Below are positions 1 to 8,372 of a stretch of DNA of 64,000 bases, in pieces. The stretch's first letter is position 1; the number at the start of each line of letters is the position of its first letter. The notes beneath the pieces are model-generated. The model worked only from the letters and a program-made list of their open reading frames with translations. It ran no database searches and was not told the DNA's origin. Made by a program: the position numbers and the translations under genes. Source of the DNA: Pseudomonadota bacterium (GTDB taxonomy: Bacteria; Pseudomonadota; Gammaproteobacteria; Burkholderiales; Sulfuricellaceae); the NCBI GenBank assembly GCA_021792335.1, contig JAJYUW010000001.1:16306-80305 (forward strand), written 5' to 3'.

Positions 1-5
1 ACGGG

Positions 6-608
6 TTGATCGCTACCGTGTCGCGTAGCGAGCCCAATTTGATCCGGGTCGAAGGCCGCAAGATACGCAGCATCCACGGGGTCGAGGGCGAGTTTTTCGT
101 CACTCCGGACAAGGAGACCGGCACCGCCTATCTCAAGCCCAATCCGGACAAGCATTTCCTCAGCGTGTTTGTCGCCGACGATGCCGGTCGCAACTGGAAG
201 CTCATGCTCAAGGTCGCCGACGTGCCCGCAGAGACGCTGGTCATCCGTGATCGCAGTCGCGCGCGCGTCGAGGGGAAAGCATTCAATGCCGACGACTCGC
301 GCAATTCCGCGATACGCCGCGTGATGCTGGCGCTTGAGCGTGATGCAGAACCCGAAGACATGACCGCCAGAGACACTCTGGAGATCGTCCCGCTCTGGAA
401 CGAGGCCCGCTTCGTACTTGTAAGGACACTGGATGGCGCATTGATCGGCGAAAAATATCAACTGACCAATGTGTCCTCGTCGCGGATGGTGATCGACGAG
501 CGCGAACTTTACCGGCGCGGTGTTCTGGCCATCATGGTGGACTCGCTTGAACTGGAGCCTGGTGAGGCGACCAACGTCATGGTGGTACTGGAGGGGCGCG
601 ATGGCTGA
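6..608 (+). CDS. traK: F-type conjugal transfer protein TraK (probably 5'-truncated by the window edge)
   Basis: Directly upstream of traB; C-terminal 'GEKYQLTNVS...IDERELYRRGVLAI..LEPGEAT' resembles TraK. Confidence 0.8.
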   Translation: MIATVSRSEPNLIRVEGRKIRSIHGVEGEFFVTPDKETGTAYLKPNPDKHFLSVFVADDAGRNWKLMLKVADVPAETLVIRDRSRARVEGKAFNADDSRNSAIRRVMLALERDAEPEDMTARDTLEIVPLWNEARFVLVRTLDGALIGEKYQLTNVSSSRMVIDERELYRRGVLAIMVDSLELEPGEATNVMVVLEGRDG

Positions 609-1866
609 AGCGCCAAAAAACCGAATTGCCACTGCAATTTCCAGCCTGTCGCCCAAGCGTCGCCAGTACCTGATACTGGGACTCGGTGCTGCGGTTTTTC
701 TGTTGCTCATATTCGGTGGTGTAGCAATCTGGGACAAGCCTGTCCAGCTACCCCAGGGAACACATCAGGCCCGTCCGCAACCCATGCCCATCAATGCACC
801 CGGCGCCCAAGCCGATCCACGTGACATCTGGATGAGCAAATCCTCGGAACAGATGCGGCAGATGGAGGACATGATCCAGGGATTGCGCCAGCAGGTTGAT
901 ACCATCGAGAAAAAGCCGCCGGTCGCAAATACTGTCCAACTCCCAGTTATGCCCATGCCGCCAGCACCGGCCTCAATCCCTCACGAGGCACGGTCGATGG
1001 TCTTGCCGCCCACGCCGCTTGTGAACCCGGAAGCGGAAAGAAAATCTATCGAGCCGCCGCCTGCGCCCAGACCACTTGGCATTGCTTCGTTCGAGGTGAG
1101 CGAGGGCAAGGTGATCGCCCCTGAAGCGGTTCATAAAACAGCCGAGAAGAAGGGTGAACGCAGCTATGTGCCAACTGGTTCGTTTTTCCGGGCTGCGTTG
1201 CTGGGCGGGTTGGATGCGCCCACCGGCGGTCAGGCGCAGAGCAATCCCCATCCTGTCCTGATGCGGGCGCAAGACAACGCCTTCTTGCCCAACCGCTACC
1301 GTTTCAAGGTCAAGGAATGTTTCGCGCTGGGTGCGAGCTATGGGGACATCAGTGCCGAGCGCGCCTACATCCGGCTCGAATCGCTTTCCTGTGTGCGCCA
1401 TGACGGCAAGGCCATCGACGTGCCGGTGAAGGGTTATGTCGTGGGTGAAGACGGCAAGGCCGGGATGCGCGGGCGGCTCGTCAGCAAGCAGGGCCAGGTG
1501 CTGGCCAATTCGCTTCTGGCAGGTATTGGCGCAGGCATCGGCCAAGCCTTCCAGCAGAGCGCCACCACCATATCAACTAACCCGCTGGGGTCGGTCGGCA
1601 CGGTGGAACCCGGCAAGCAATTACAGGCAGGTGTCGGCATTGGGGTCGGTAAGGCGCTGGATCGCCTTTCCCAGTACTACATCACGTTGGCTGAAAAGAT
1701 GTTCCCCATCATCGAAGTTGATGCTGGCCGCACGGTCGATGTTGTGTTCACCAAAGGCTTCTCTCTCGATGCGGACAGCGTGAGCGGCGAGGCAAATACT
1801 TATTCCGATATCTGGCGTCGGGGCCGCGAAGTCCAGAAGAAATCCATTGAACCCTACAAGGAGTGA
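601..1866 (+). CDS. traB: TraB (VirB10-like) pilus assembly protein
   Basis: N-terminal TM, coiled coil, Pro-rich linker, 'LLGGLDAP', 'GDISAERAYIRLESLSC', 'GEDGKAGMRGRLVSK'; ATG at 601 preferred over GTG at 520. Confidence 0.92.
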   Translation: MAEAPKNRIATAISSLSPKRRQYLILGLGAAVFLLLIFGGVAIWDKPVQLPQGTHQARPQPMPINAPGAQADPRDIWMSKSSEQMRQMEDMIQGLRQQVDTIEKKPPVANTVQLPVMPMPPAPASIPHEARSMVLPPTPLVNPEAERKSIEPPPAPRPLGIASFEVSEGKVIAPEAVHKTAEKKGERSYVPTGSFFRAALLGGLDAPTGGQAQSNPHPVLMRAQDNAFLPNRYRFKVKECFALGASYGDISAERAYIRLESLSCVRHDGKAIDVPVKGYVVGEDGKAGMRGRLVSKQGQVLANSLLAGIGAGIGQAFQQSATTISTNPLGSVGTVEPGKQLQAGVGIGVGKALDRLSQYYITLAEKMFPIIEVDAGRTVDVVFTKGFSLDADSVSGEANTYSDIWRRGREVQKKSIEPYKE

Positions 1867-1869
1867 ACC

Positions 1870-2598
1870 ATGCAGTTCCAACTATCGCTGTTCAAACGGC
1901 TGTTCGCAATTTTCGCGTTGATGTTGTCAGTGGCTGCGCAGGCCGATGAGGGTGCTGAGAGCCTGGAAAAGCACCTCAAGGATTTGTATCCGGCAACCCA
2001 GATAGAGCGCGTCCAAACCTCGGAAATTTCCGGACTGTACGAGGTAATGATGGGAAAGAATTCTGCCTATACCGACGCGACCGGGCGCTATTTTGTCTTC
2101 GGCCATCTCTACGACATGAAGGCCCAGCGCGACCTGACCGCCGAGCGCATGGAAAAACAACAGCGCATCAATTTCGCCCAGTTGCCGCTGGATGACGCCA
2201 TCAAGACGGTGCATGATAAAGGTGAGCGGGTACTGGTGGTGTTCTCCGATCCGGATTGTCCGTTCTGCAAGCGGCTCGAACCAGAACTCGACAAGCTGAA
2301 CAACGTCACCCTCTACACGTTTCCCTATCCTCTGGAGTCGTTGCATCCCGAGTCACCGGGCAAGGCTGTCGCAGTCTGGTGCGCGCCGGATCGTGCCCGC
2401 GCTTGGGCCGATCTCATGAAAACCGGCAAAGCCCCGGCTAACAAGAATTGCGATAACCCGATACAGCGCAACATCCAGTTGGCCCAGCGGCTGGGTGTCA
2501 ATGGCACGCCCACCTTGTTTGCGGCGGACGGGCGCATGTTGCCGGGTGCGGCATCCGTCGAACGGATCGAGCAATGGCTTGCAGAGATTCAGCCATGA
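1870..2598 (+). CDS. dsbC: DsbC-family thiol:disulfide isomerase of the tra locus
   Basis: Signal peptide, 'VFSDPDCPFCK', 'GVNGTPT'. Confidence 0.9.
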   Translation: MQFQLSLFKRLFAIFALMLSVAAQADEGAESLEKHLKDLYPATQIERVQTSEISGLYEVMMGKNSAYTDATGRYFVFGHLYDMKAQRDLTAERMEKQQRINFAQLPLDDAIKTVHDKGERVLVVFSDPDCPFCKRLEPELDKLNNVTLYTFPYPLESLHPESPGKAVAVWCAPDRARAWADLMKTGKAPANKNCDNPIQRNIQLAQRLGVNGTPTLFAADGRMLPGAASVERIEQWLAEIQP

Positions 2599-3158
2599 AG
2601 ATCAAGTGCTGGCTGGTGAGTCCGTTGCTGCTTGCGCTGGCCGGGTGCGCGGGCATGATGTCCGGGTTGGACGGGCAGGGTAAGTTTTCCTGCAAAGCGC
2701 CGGACGGGATTTCCTGCGCATCGCTATCCGGCGTCTATGCCAATGCCGTGCAAAATAATCTTCCCGGCCAGCGGGCAACCGCCGAGTCCGCAAAGGGAGC
2801 GCCGCCATTACAGAAGATAGCGCGTCAGGCGCTAAGCTCCGGCGAACCAATCCATAGCGCCCAGCAGGTGCGGCGCGTGTGGCTTGCACCGTGGGAAGAT
2901 GACGAAGAGGTGCTTCACGACCAGTCGTATTTTTATCTGGTCGTTGATTCGGGGCAATGGCAGGTCGAGTATTCGCGGCGCAAGGCGAGTGAGGCTTATC
3001 GGCCTGTTGCGCCGCCGAAAGCCCTCACGCAATCAGCTCCCAATGCGGGCGATAAACCGGCATCACGAAACGAGCAAAGCATTCCGCCTATGCCAGCCAA
3101 TGCGGTGTTTCCTCAGCAAGGCCGCGAGAATCTGCCTGCCAGCGGGGAGGGCGGCTGA
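2595..3158 (+). CDS. traV: TraV lipoprotein
   Basis: Lipobox 'LAGC', 'FSCKAPDGISCAS', 'RVWLAPWED...LHDQSY'; ATGA overlap with dsbC. Confidence 0.88.
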   Translation: MKIKCWLVSPLLLALAGCAGMMSGLDGQGKFSCKAPDGISCASLSGVYANAVQNNLPGQRATAESAKGAPPLQKIARQALSSGEPIHSAQQVRRVWLAPWEDDEEVLHDQSYFYLVVDSGQWQVEYSRRKASEAYRPVAPPKALTQSAPNAGDKPASRNEQSIPPMPANAVFPQQGRENLPASGEGG

Positions 3159-5731
3159 TGAGTTGGGCAGATTTTCTTCGCGCGGCCTTCCTGCCCGAAC
3201 GCACGGCGGATGCCGACCAATTGCCCCGGCAGTTATTGCGGGAGATTTCGCAGATGCCGCGCCTCACCGGGATTCTTCCTTATCTGGCTTGGCAGGAAGA
3301 CGCACGGCTGTTCGCATTGGATCAGGGCGGATTTGGTGAGAGGGAAGAGCATGCCATCGGCTTTTGTATCGAGACCATGCCTCAGACGGGTGCCAGCGAC
3401 GAAATGGAGAAGGTGCTCGCCAGCCTGTTTGTCTCCTGCCCTCCGGGAACGGGCATTCAAATTACCCTGTACGGTAGCCCCCATATTTTTCCGTTGCTCC
3501 GTGCGCAGGCCAACCTGCTGCCATCTTCGGCGGCGGTCGATGCTCCCGGCTTTGAAGAGCGGCGTCACGGTAATATCTTCCGGCTCCTTGCCCGTCGGCG
3601 CATTGACCATTACCTGAAGGGCACGGGCCAGTCTATCTTCGGCCACCAGACCTATCTGCTGCGGGATTTCCGTTCGGTGATCTCGATCACCTTGCCGCTC
3701 GATCCGGAATTGCCTGCCGACATTGATGAGGCGCTGCGTATCCGGGAAAGCGTTCATGCCACTCTCAAGTCGGCGCACCTGCCCGGTCACGATTGGGGGC
3801 CGGACGAACTGCTCAACTTCACGGCAGATTTTTTCGATCACTCTCGTCTTTTTTCCGGCGGCACGGTACGCCCCATCGAATGGAACGAGAACCTGCCGCT
3901 GCGCGACCATCTGTCGAACCTTGAGGTGGCCTCGCGGGTGGGGGATGGCGACATCCGTTTCCGCAAGGCAGGCGGAGATGAGTCCGTCCTGCAACTGTTC
4001 TCGGTGCGCCAGTATCCGCGCTACTTCCGGCTTTCCGGGATGAACTACATGATCGGCGATCCCTACCAGCTTGCCTTGTCCATGCCGTGCCCGTTCCTGA
4101 TCACGATGGGTGCGATTTCGCTCGACTATGAGTCGGCGCGAACCAAGGCCCAGATGAAAGCGGCACGCGCGACGCAAAGCGCCGGCTCCTACATGGCGCA
4201 CTTCCAGCCCGATCTGCAAGACCGCAAGCGCGATTGGGACATGGTGCTCAAGACTTTCGACAGCGGGAGGACAGTGGTCGGCATGTATCACCAGATCGCG
4301 CTCGTCGCCAAGGTGGAGGATGCCTCCCGCTGCGAACACGCCTTGCGTGCCGTGTGGAGGGCGCGCGGCTTCGATCTGACCAAGGATTTCTATCTACAGC
4401 ACCAAGCCCTGTCGGCGGCGCTCCCCATGACCCTGACACCAGCACTTCAGGCCGATCTCCGCCAGTTCGGGAAGGTAAACACCAAGACGGCGGACAACGC
4501 GGTCATGACCTCGCCGCTGATCGCCGAGTGGAAGGGGACGCAAACTCCGGTGATGACCTTGTTCGGCAGGCGCGGTCAGGTCATCGGTTTCGATCTCTTC
4601 GACAACACCGGCGGCAATTTCAATTTTGCCGTGGCTGCACTGTCCGGTTCCGGCAAGTCAGTGTTCGTTAACGAGATGACCTATCGCTATCTCGGTGCGG
4701 GCGCCAAGGTGTGGATCATAGACGTGGGTCGTTCCTACAAGAACCTGTGCGAGTTGCTGGATGGCGAGTTCATCGAATTCTCGGATGAACAGCAGAACAC
4801 CATGTGCCTTAATCCATTCTACATGATCATCGACATCAGCGCTGACATGGAAATGATCCTGCCCCTGATCGCCCAGATGGCAAGCCCACGGGAGCCGCTC
4901 GACAACTACGGATACACGGCGCTGGGTTCGGCCATCAAGCGGGTCTGGGATGCCAAGGGGCGCGCGGCAACCATCACCGACATTTACGAGCTGCTCAAGA
5001 CAGGTCGTTTGTCTGTGGAGGGGGAATACGAGCGCGACCTCAGCCGTCTAGCCACAGCCTTGGAGCCTTATACCCGTCATGGTGTCTATGCGAGTTATTT
5101 TGAGGGAGAGGCCAATATCCAGTTCGACAAGGATTTTGTCGTTCTTGAGCTGGAGGAGCTGAAGTCCAAGAAGGATCTCCAGTCGGTGGTGATGCAGCTC
5201 ATTATGTATCGCATCACCCAGGAGATGTACCGCGACCGCTCCCGGCGCAAGCTCGTCATCATTGATGAAAGCTGGGATCTCATGGGGTCGGGTGCCAGCG
5301 GCAGCTTCATCGAGGCCGGGTATCGTCGCGCCCGCAAGTATGGCGGTGCGTTTGGCACCATTACCCAGTCGGTTGATGACTACTACAAGAACGAGGCGAC
5401 CAAGGCCGCGATCAACAATGCCGACTGGTTATTCTTGCTGCGCCAGAAACCCGAAAACATCGAGCGCCTAGGCAAGGAGGGCAAGCTGGCTCTGGACGAA
5501 TGGCTGAAGCGCCAGTTGACTTCCGTCAGCACCGAGCACGGCCATTTTTCTGAAATCTATATTCACTCGCCGATGGGTTCTGGCTTGGGACGGCTCTTGC
5601 TCGATCCCTTCTCGATGCTCGTCTATTCCACCCGTGCCGAAGACTACGAAGCCATCAAACGCCTGCGGGAGCAGGGGCTGACGGTTTCGGAAGCCATCGA
5701 ACGCCTCGTCATCGAACGCGCATCACCATAA
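3158..5731 (+). CDS. traC: TraC VirB4-family ATPase
   Basis: Walker A 'ALSGSGKS', Walker B 'VIIDESW', 'YRRARKYGG', 857 aa. Confidence 0.95.
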   Translation: MSWADFLRAAFLPERTADADQLPRQLLREISQMPRLTGILPYLAWQEDARLFALDQGGFGEREEHAIGFCIETMPQTGASDEMEKVLASLFVSCPPGTGIQITLYGSPHIFPLLRAQANLLPSSAAVDAPGFEERRHGNIFRLLARRRIDHYLKGTGQSIFGHQTYLLRDFRSVISITLPLDPELPADIDEALRIRESVHATLKSAHLPGHDWGPDELLNFTADFFDHSRLFSGGTVRPIEWNENLPLRDHLSNLEVASRVGDGDIRFRKAGGDESVLQLFSVRQYPRYFRLSGMNYMIGDPYQLALSMPCPFLITMGAISLDYESARTKAQMKAARATQSAGSYMAHFQPDLQDRKRDWDMVLKTFDSGRTVVGMYHQIALVAKVEDASRCEHALRAVWRARGFDLTKDFYLQHQALSAALPMTLTPALQADLRQFGKVNTKTADNAVMTSPLIAEWKGTQTPVMTLFGRRGQVIGFDLFDNTGGNFNFAVAALSGSGKSVFVNEMTYRYLGAGAKVWIIDVGRSYKNLCELLDGEFIEFSDEQQNTMCLNPFYMIIDISADMEMILPLIAQMASPREPLDNYGYTALGSAIKRVWDAKGRAATITDIYELLKTGRLSVEGEYERDLSRLATALEPYTRHGVYASYFEGEANIQFDKDFVVLELEELKSKKDLQSVVMQLIMYRITQEMYRDRSRRKLVIIDESWDLMGSGASGSFIEAGYRRARKYGGAFGTITQSVDDYYKNEATKAAINNADWLFLLRQKPENIERLGKEGKLALDEWLKRQLTSVSTEHGHFSEIYIHSPMGSGLGRLLLDPFSMLVYSTRAEDYEAIKRLREQGLTVSEAIERLVIERASP

Positions 5732-5743
5732 GGCAGATCACTC

Positions 5744-6136
5744 ATGAGTCCTCTGAAATCACAAATTCTTACCGTGGTAGTTACGTTGATACTGGGAGCA
5801 GGCATCGCCGCGTCATGGCTACACTTCCGGCCTCTGGAGATTCCGCGATTCGCCCGCGTGGACATCGGAACCATCGTTTTCCAACAACAGCAATCCCTGG
5901 CGCAACGGGTCAAGCCGGGAATGGATGCCGCTGAACAGGGGAAGCTGTTCGAGGATGCAAAAGCCTTCGGCGTGCGCCTGGATGCCGCCCTTGAGCAGGT
6001 TGGAAAGGAATGCCAGTGCGCCCTGATCAATACGGCAGCGCTGCTCAAGGCGACATCGGCAAAAGCCATTCCGGATATGTCCGCGCGGGTGGTGGAGATA
6101 CTGAAGCAACCGGCTGCGGGCACTCCGGCGCAATGA
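5744..6136 (+). CDS. TrbI-like small membrane-anchored conjugation protein
   Basis: N-terminal TM, 'ARVDIGTIV', position after traC. Confidence 0.55.
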   Translation: MSPLKSQILTVVVTLILGAGIAASWLHFRPLEIPRFARVDIGTIVFQQQQSLAQRVKPGMDAAEQGKLFEDAKAFGVRLDAALEQVGKECQCALINTAALLKATSAKAIPDMSARVVEILKQPAAGTPAQ

Positions 6137-6139
6137 TCC

Positions 6140-6931
6140 ATGCGCATCTTTCTCATGTTCGGATTTTGTCTTTTCATCAATGGCGCGTCGGCGGTTGGCG
6201 TTATGGATTACGACTCGATCTGGCGTTGCGACGAGAACCGTTTCAACTGGTATTGCGATATTTCGCCGGATACTGAGCAAGCCGATACCACCACTGAAAA
6301 TCCAAAACCCAAGGCGGTCAGCGAAGAGGATGAGGCCGTTGCTGCGTTAAAGAAGTTGAAGGAGGATGCAGAGCGGAAGAGGGCGCTCGCCATCGTCAAA
6401 CCGACGCCGGAGAACCTCAAGAATTACATCGTTGCGCAGGAAGCCATGATGGACAGGGCTTCGGTGTTTTCGGATGTTTGGCGTCGCGTCATTTGGGCCA
6501 ATCCGGAACTCAATTACCAGTTACGCAACCCGTCCAACAATGCGGCCATCCAGGTGCATGACGCCCAGCGGGCGCTCAAGGAAACTGACACCCTTGCAGG
6601 CTTGAACAAGGAATGGGGCATTTTCTTCATTTTCAGGTCGGACTGTCCGTACTGTCATCGCATGGCGCCAACGCTGAAATTTCTGTCCGAGCAATACGGG
6701 ATAGTGGTGTTTCCTGTTTCTCTGGATGGGGTTGGATTGCCTGAGTATCCCAATCCGTCGCGGGATAACGGCATGGCAGCATCTGTCGGAGCCAGTGTCG
6801 TTCCGCTCGTGGTGCTGGGGAACGTCAAGGATCACCGGCTGCTCCCGATCGGGTCGGGTGTGCTATCGGCTCAGGAAATCGTCGAACGCATTTACATCCT
6901 GACCCAGACACGTCCCGGCGAACTTTATTGA
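6140..6931 (+). CDS. traF: TraF (thioredoxin-like) pilus assembly protein
   Basis: 'WYC', 'AIVKPTPENLKNY', 'FRSDCPYCH', 'PVSLDG'. Confidence 0.9.
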   Translation: MRIFLMFGFCLFINGASAVGVMDYDSIWRCDENRFNWYCDISPDTEQADTTTENPKPKAVSEEDEAVAALKKLKEDAERKRALAIVKPTPENLKNYIVAQEAMMDRASVFSDVWRRVIWANPELNYQLRNPSNNAAIQVHDAQRALKETDTLAGLNKEWGIFFIFRSDCPYCHRMAPTLKFLSEQYGIVVFPVSLDGVGLPEYPNPSRDNGMAASVGASVVPLVVLGNVKDHRLLPIGSGVLSAQEIVERIYILTQTRPGELY

Positions 6932-6939
6932 GGTTGACC

Positions 6940-8364
6940 ATGAATACTCCACGTCTCCGTAGAACCGTTGCCGCCACACTTGCCCTTTCGATCTTTGCCA
7001 GTCCGGCAAATGCCGATGTCTCCCAGTCCATGCAGGACTGGTTCGACCAGATTGGAGCTTACGGAAATGTGACGGGGCCAAATGCCTATCGCGGGCAGAC
7101 GATGAATTTCTATACCGGGGGCAGCCTCTACATGCGCACGCCGGTGCGCAACTACCAGTTGGCCAGCATTTCACCGCCTTCATTCAGGGCCGGGTGCGGC
7201 GGGATTGATCTGTTCGCCGGATCGTTCTCTTTCATCAACAAGGAACAGTTCGTCGCCCTGTTGCGAAACATCGGCAACAACGCCATCGGTGCCGCTTTCA
7301 ACATGGCACTGTGCTCGATGTCGCCCGACCTCTGTGATCTTCTGAAGTACCTGCAAGACCAGTCGTCTAAGATGAACAACCTCAACATCAATTCCTGTCA
7401 GGCGGCAGAAGGGATTGTCGCTGCGGCGGGCAGCATGCTGACCGACAAAACTCAGGAGAAGGAGGGGAAGACCGCCGGTGCGAACCTGAACATGTTTGGG
7501 GATGTGTTCGAGTCCTGGGATGAGTGGAAGAAAAGCAGCGCCACGGCCAAGAACATCCGGACGGCGGCGAAGAATTCGTCACAGGGATACAAGGAGCTTT
7601 TCGATCCCGGCAACGTCGTGTGGCGCTCACTGTCTAGGGTCTCGGGTATCGCAGACGACACCAGAGAGTTGTTGATGAGCCTGACCGGCACCATCATCGT
7701 GACTCCGCCCGGCGAGAATGCCGATGATAAGGCGAAGTGGACGTATATGCCCGGCGGCAACCTGACCTTCCGCCAATTCGTCGGCGACGGCGGTTCGGCG
7801 ACTGTCAGCCTGCCCGGCCTCAAGTGCGGTGTGGATACGGTGGATTGCATGACGCCGACCTACTCCGATGCCGCCTTTACCGTGACACCGTTCTCCCGGC
7901 AAGTCAGAACCCGAATTGCTGCGATGCGGGACAAGATCATCAATCGGGACGCCATGGGGCAATCCAATCTGGACACAGCCATGATCGGCAATTCTTCTCT
8001 TCCAGTCTGGAAGATGCTTTCGGTATCCAGCAGTATCCCTGGAGGCGACCGGATTACCGAGGACTACTCGCAACTCATAGCCGTGGATGTGGCTTATGCC
8101 TACTTCACGAATCTCTCAAAGACTCTTCGCGGTGCTCTACAGAGCGAGACGGGGAAGAGCGGCCCCGATGCGGTCGCCGCTTCGGAAAAAATTCTCGGTC
8201 GCCTCAACGAGATCGAGCAGGAAGCCAGAGACATGTTGCGCGCCGAATATCAGAAGGGCATGCAGGTCGCTGAACTGAGCCGGTCACTTCAACTTCTGAA
8301 TCAAAGTCTCAACTCGGGGATGCCGACCAACATCTTCCAGTCCATGATGGTATTCAACCGGTAG
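6940..8364 (+). CDS. traH: TraH pilus assembly protein
   Basis: 'GGSLYMR', 'PSFRAGCGGIDLFAGSFSFIN', 'NSCQAAEG'. Confidence 0.93.
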   Translation: MNTPRLRRTVAATLALSIFASPANADVSQSMQDWFDQIGAYGNVTGPNAYRGQTMNFYTGGSLYMRTPVRNYQLASISPPSFRAGCGGIDLFAGSFSFINKEQFVALLRNIGNNAIGAAFNMALCSMSPDLCDLLKYLQDQSSKMNNLNINSCQAAEGIVAAAGSMLTDKTQEKEGKTAGANLNMFGDVFESWDEWKKSSATAKNIRTAAKNSSQGYKELFDPGNVVWRSLSRVSGIADDTRELLMSLTGTIIVTPPGENADDKAKWTYMPGGNLTFRQFVGDGGSATVSLPGLKCGVDTVDCMTPTYSDAAFTVTPFSRQVRTRIAAMRDKIINRDAMGQSNLDTAMIGNSSLPVWKMLSVSSSIPGGDRITEDYSQLIAVDVAYAYFTNLSKTLRGALQSETGKSGPDAVAASEKILGRLNEIEQEARDMLRAEYQKGMQVAELSRSLQLLNQSLNSGMPTNIFQSMMVFNR

Positions 8365-8372
8365 GGCTGGGC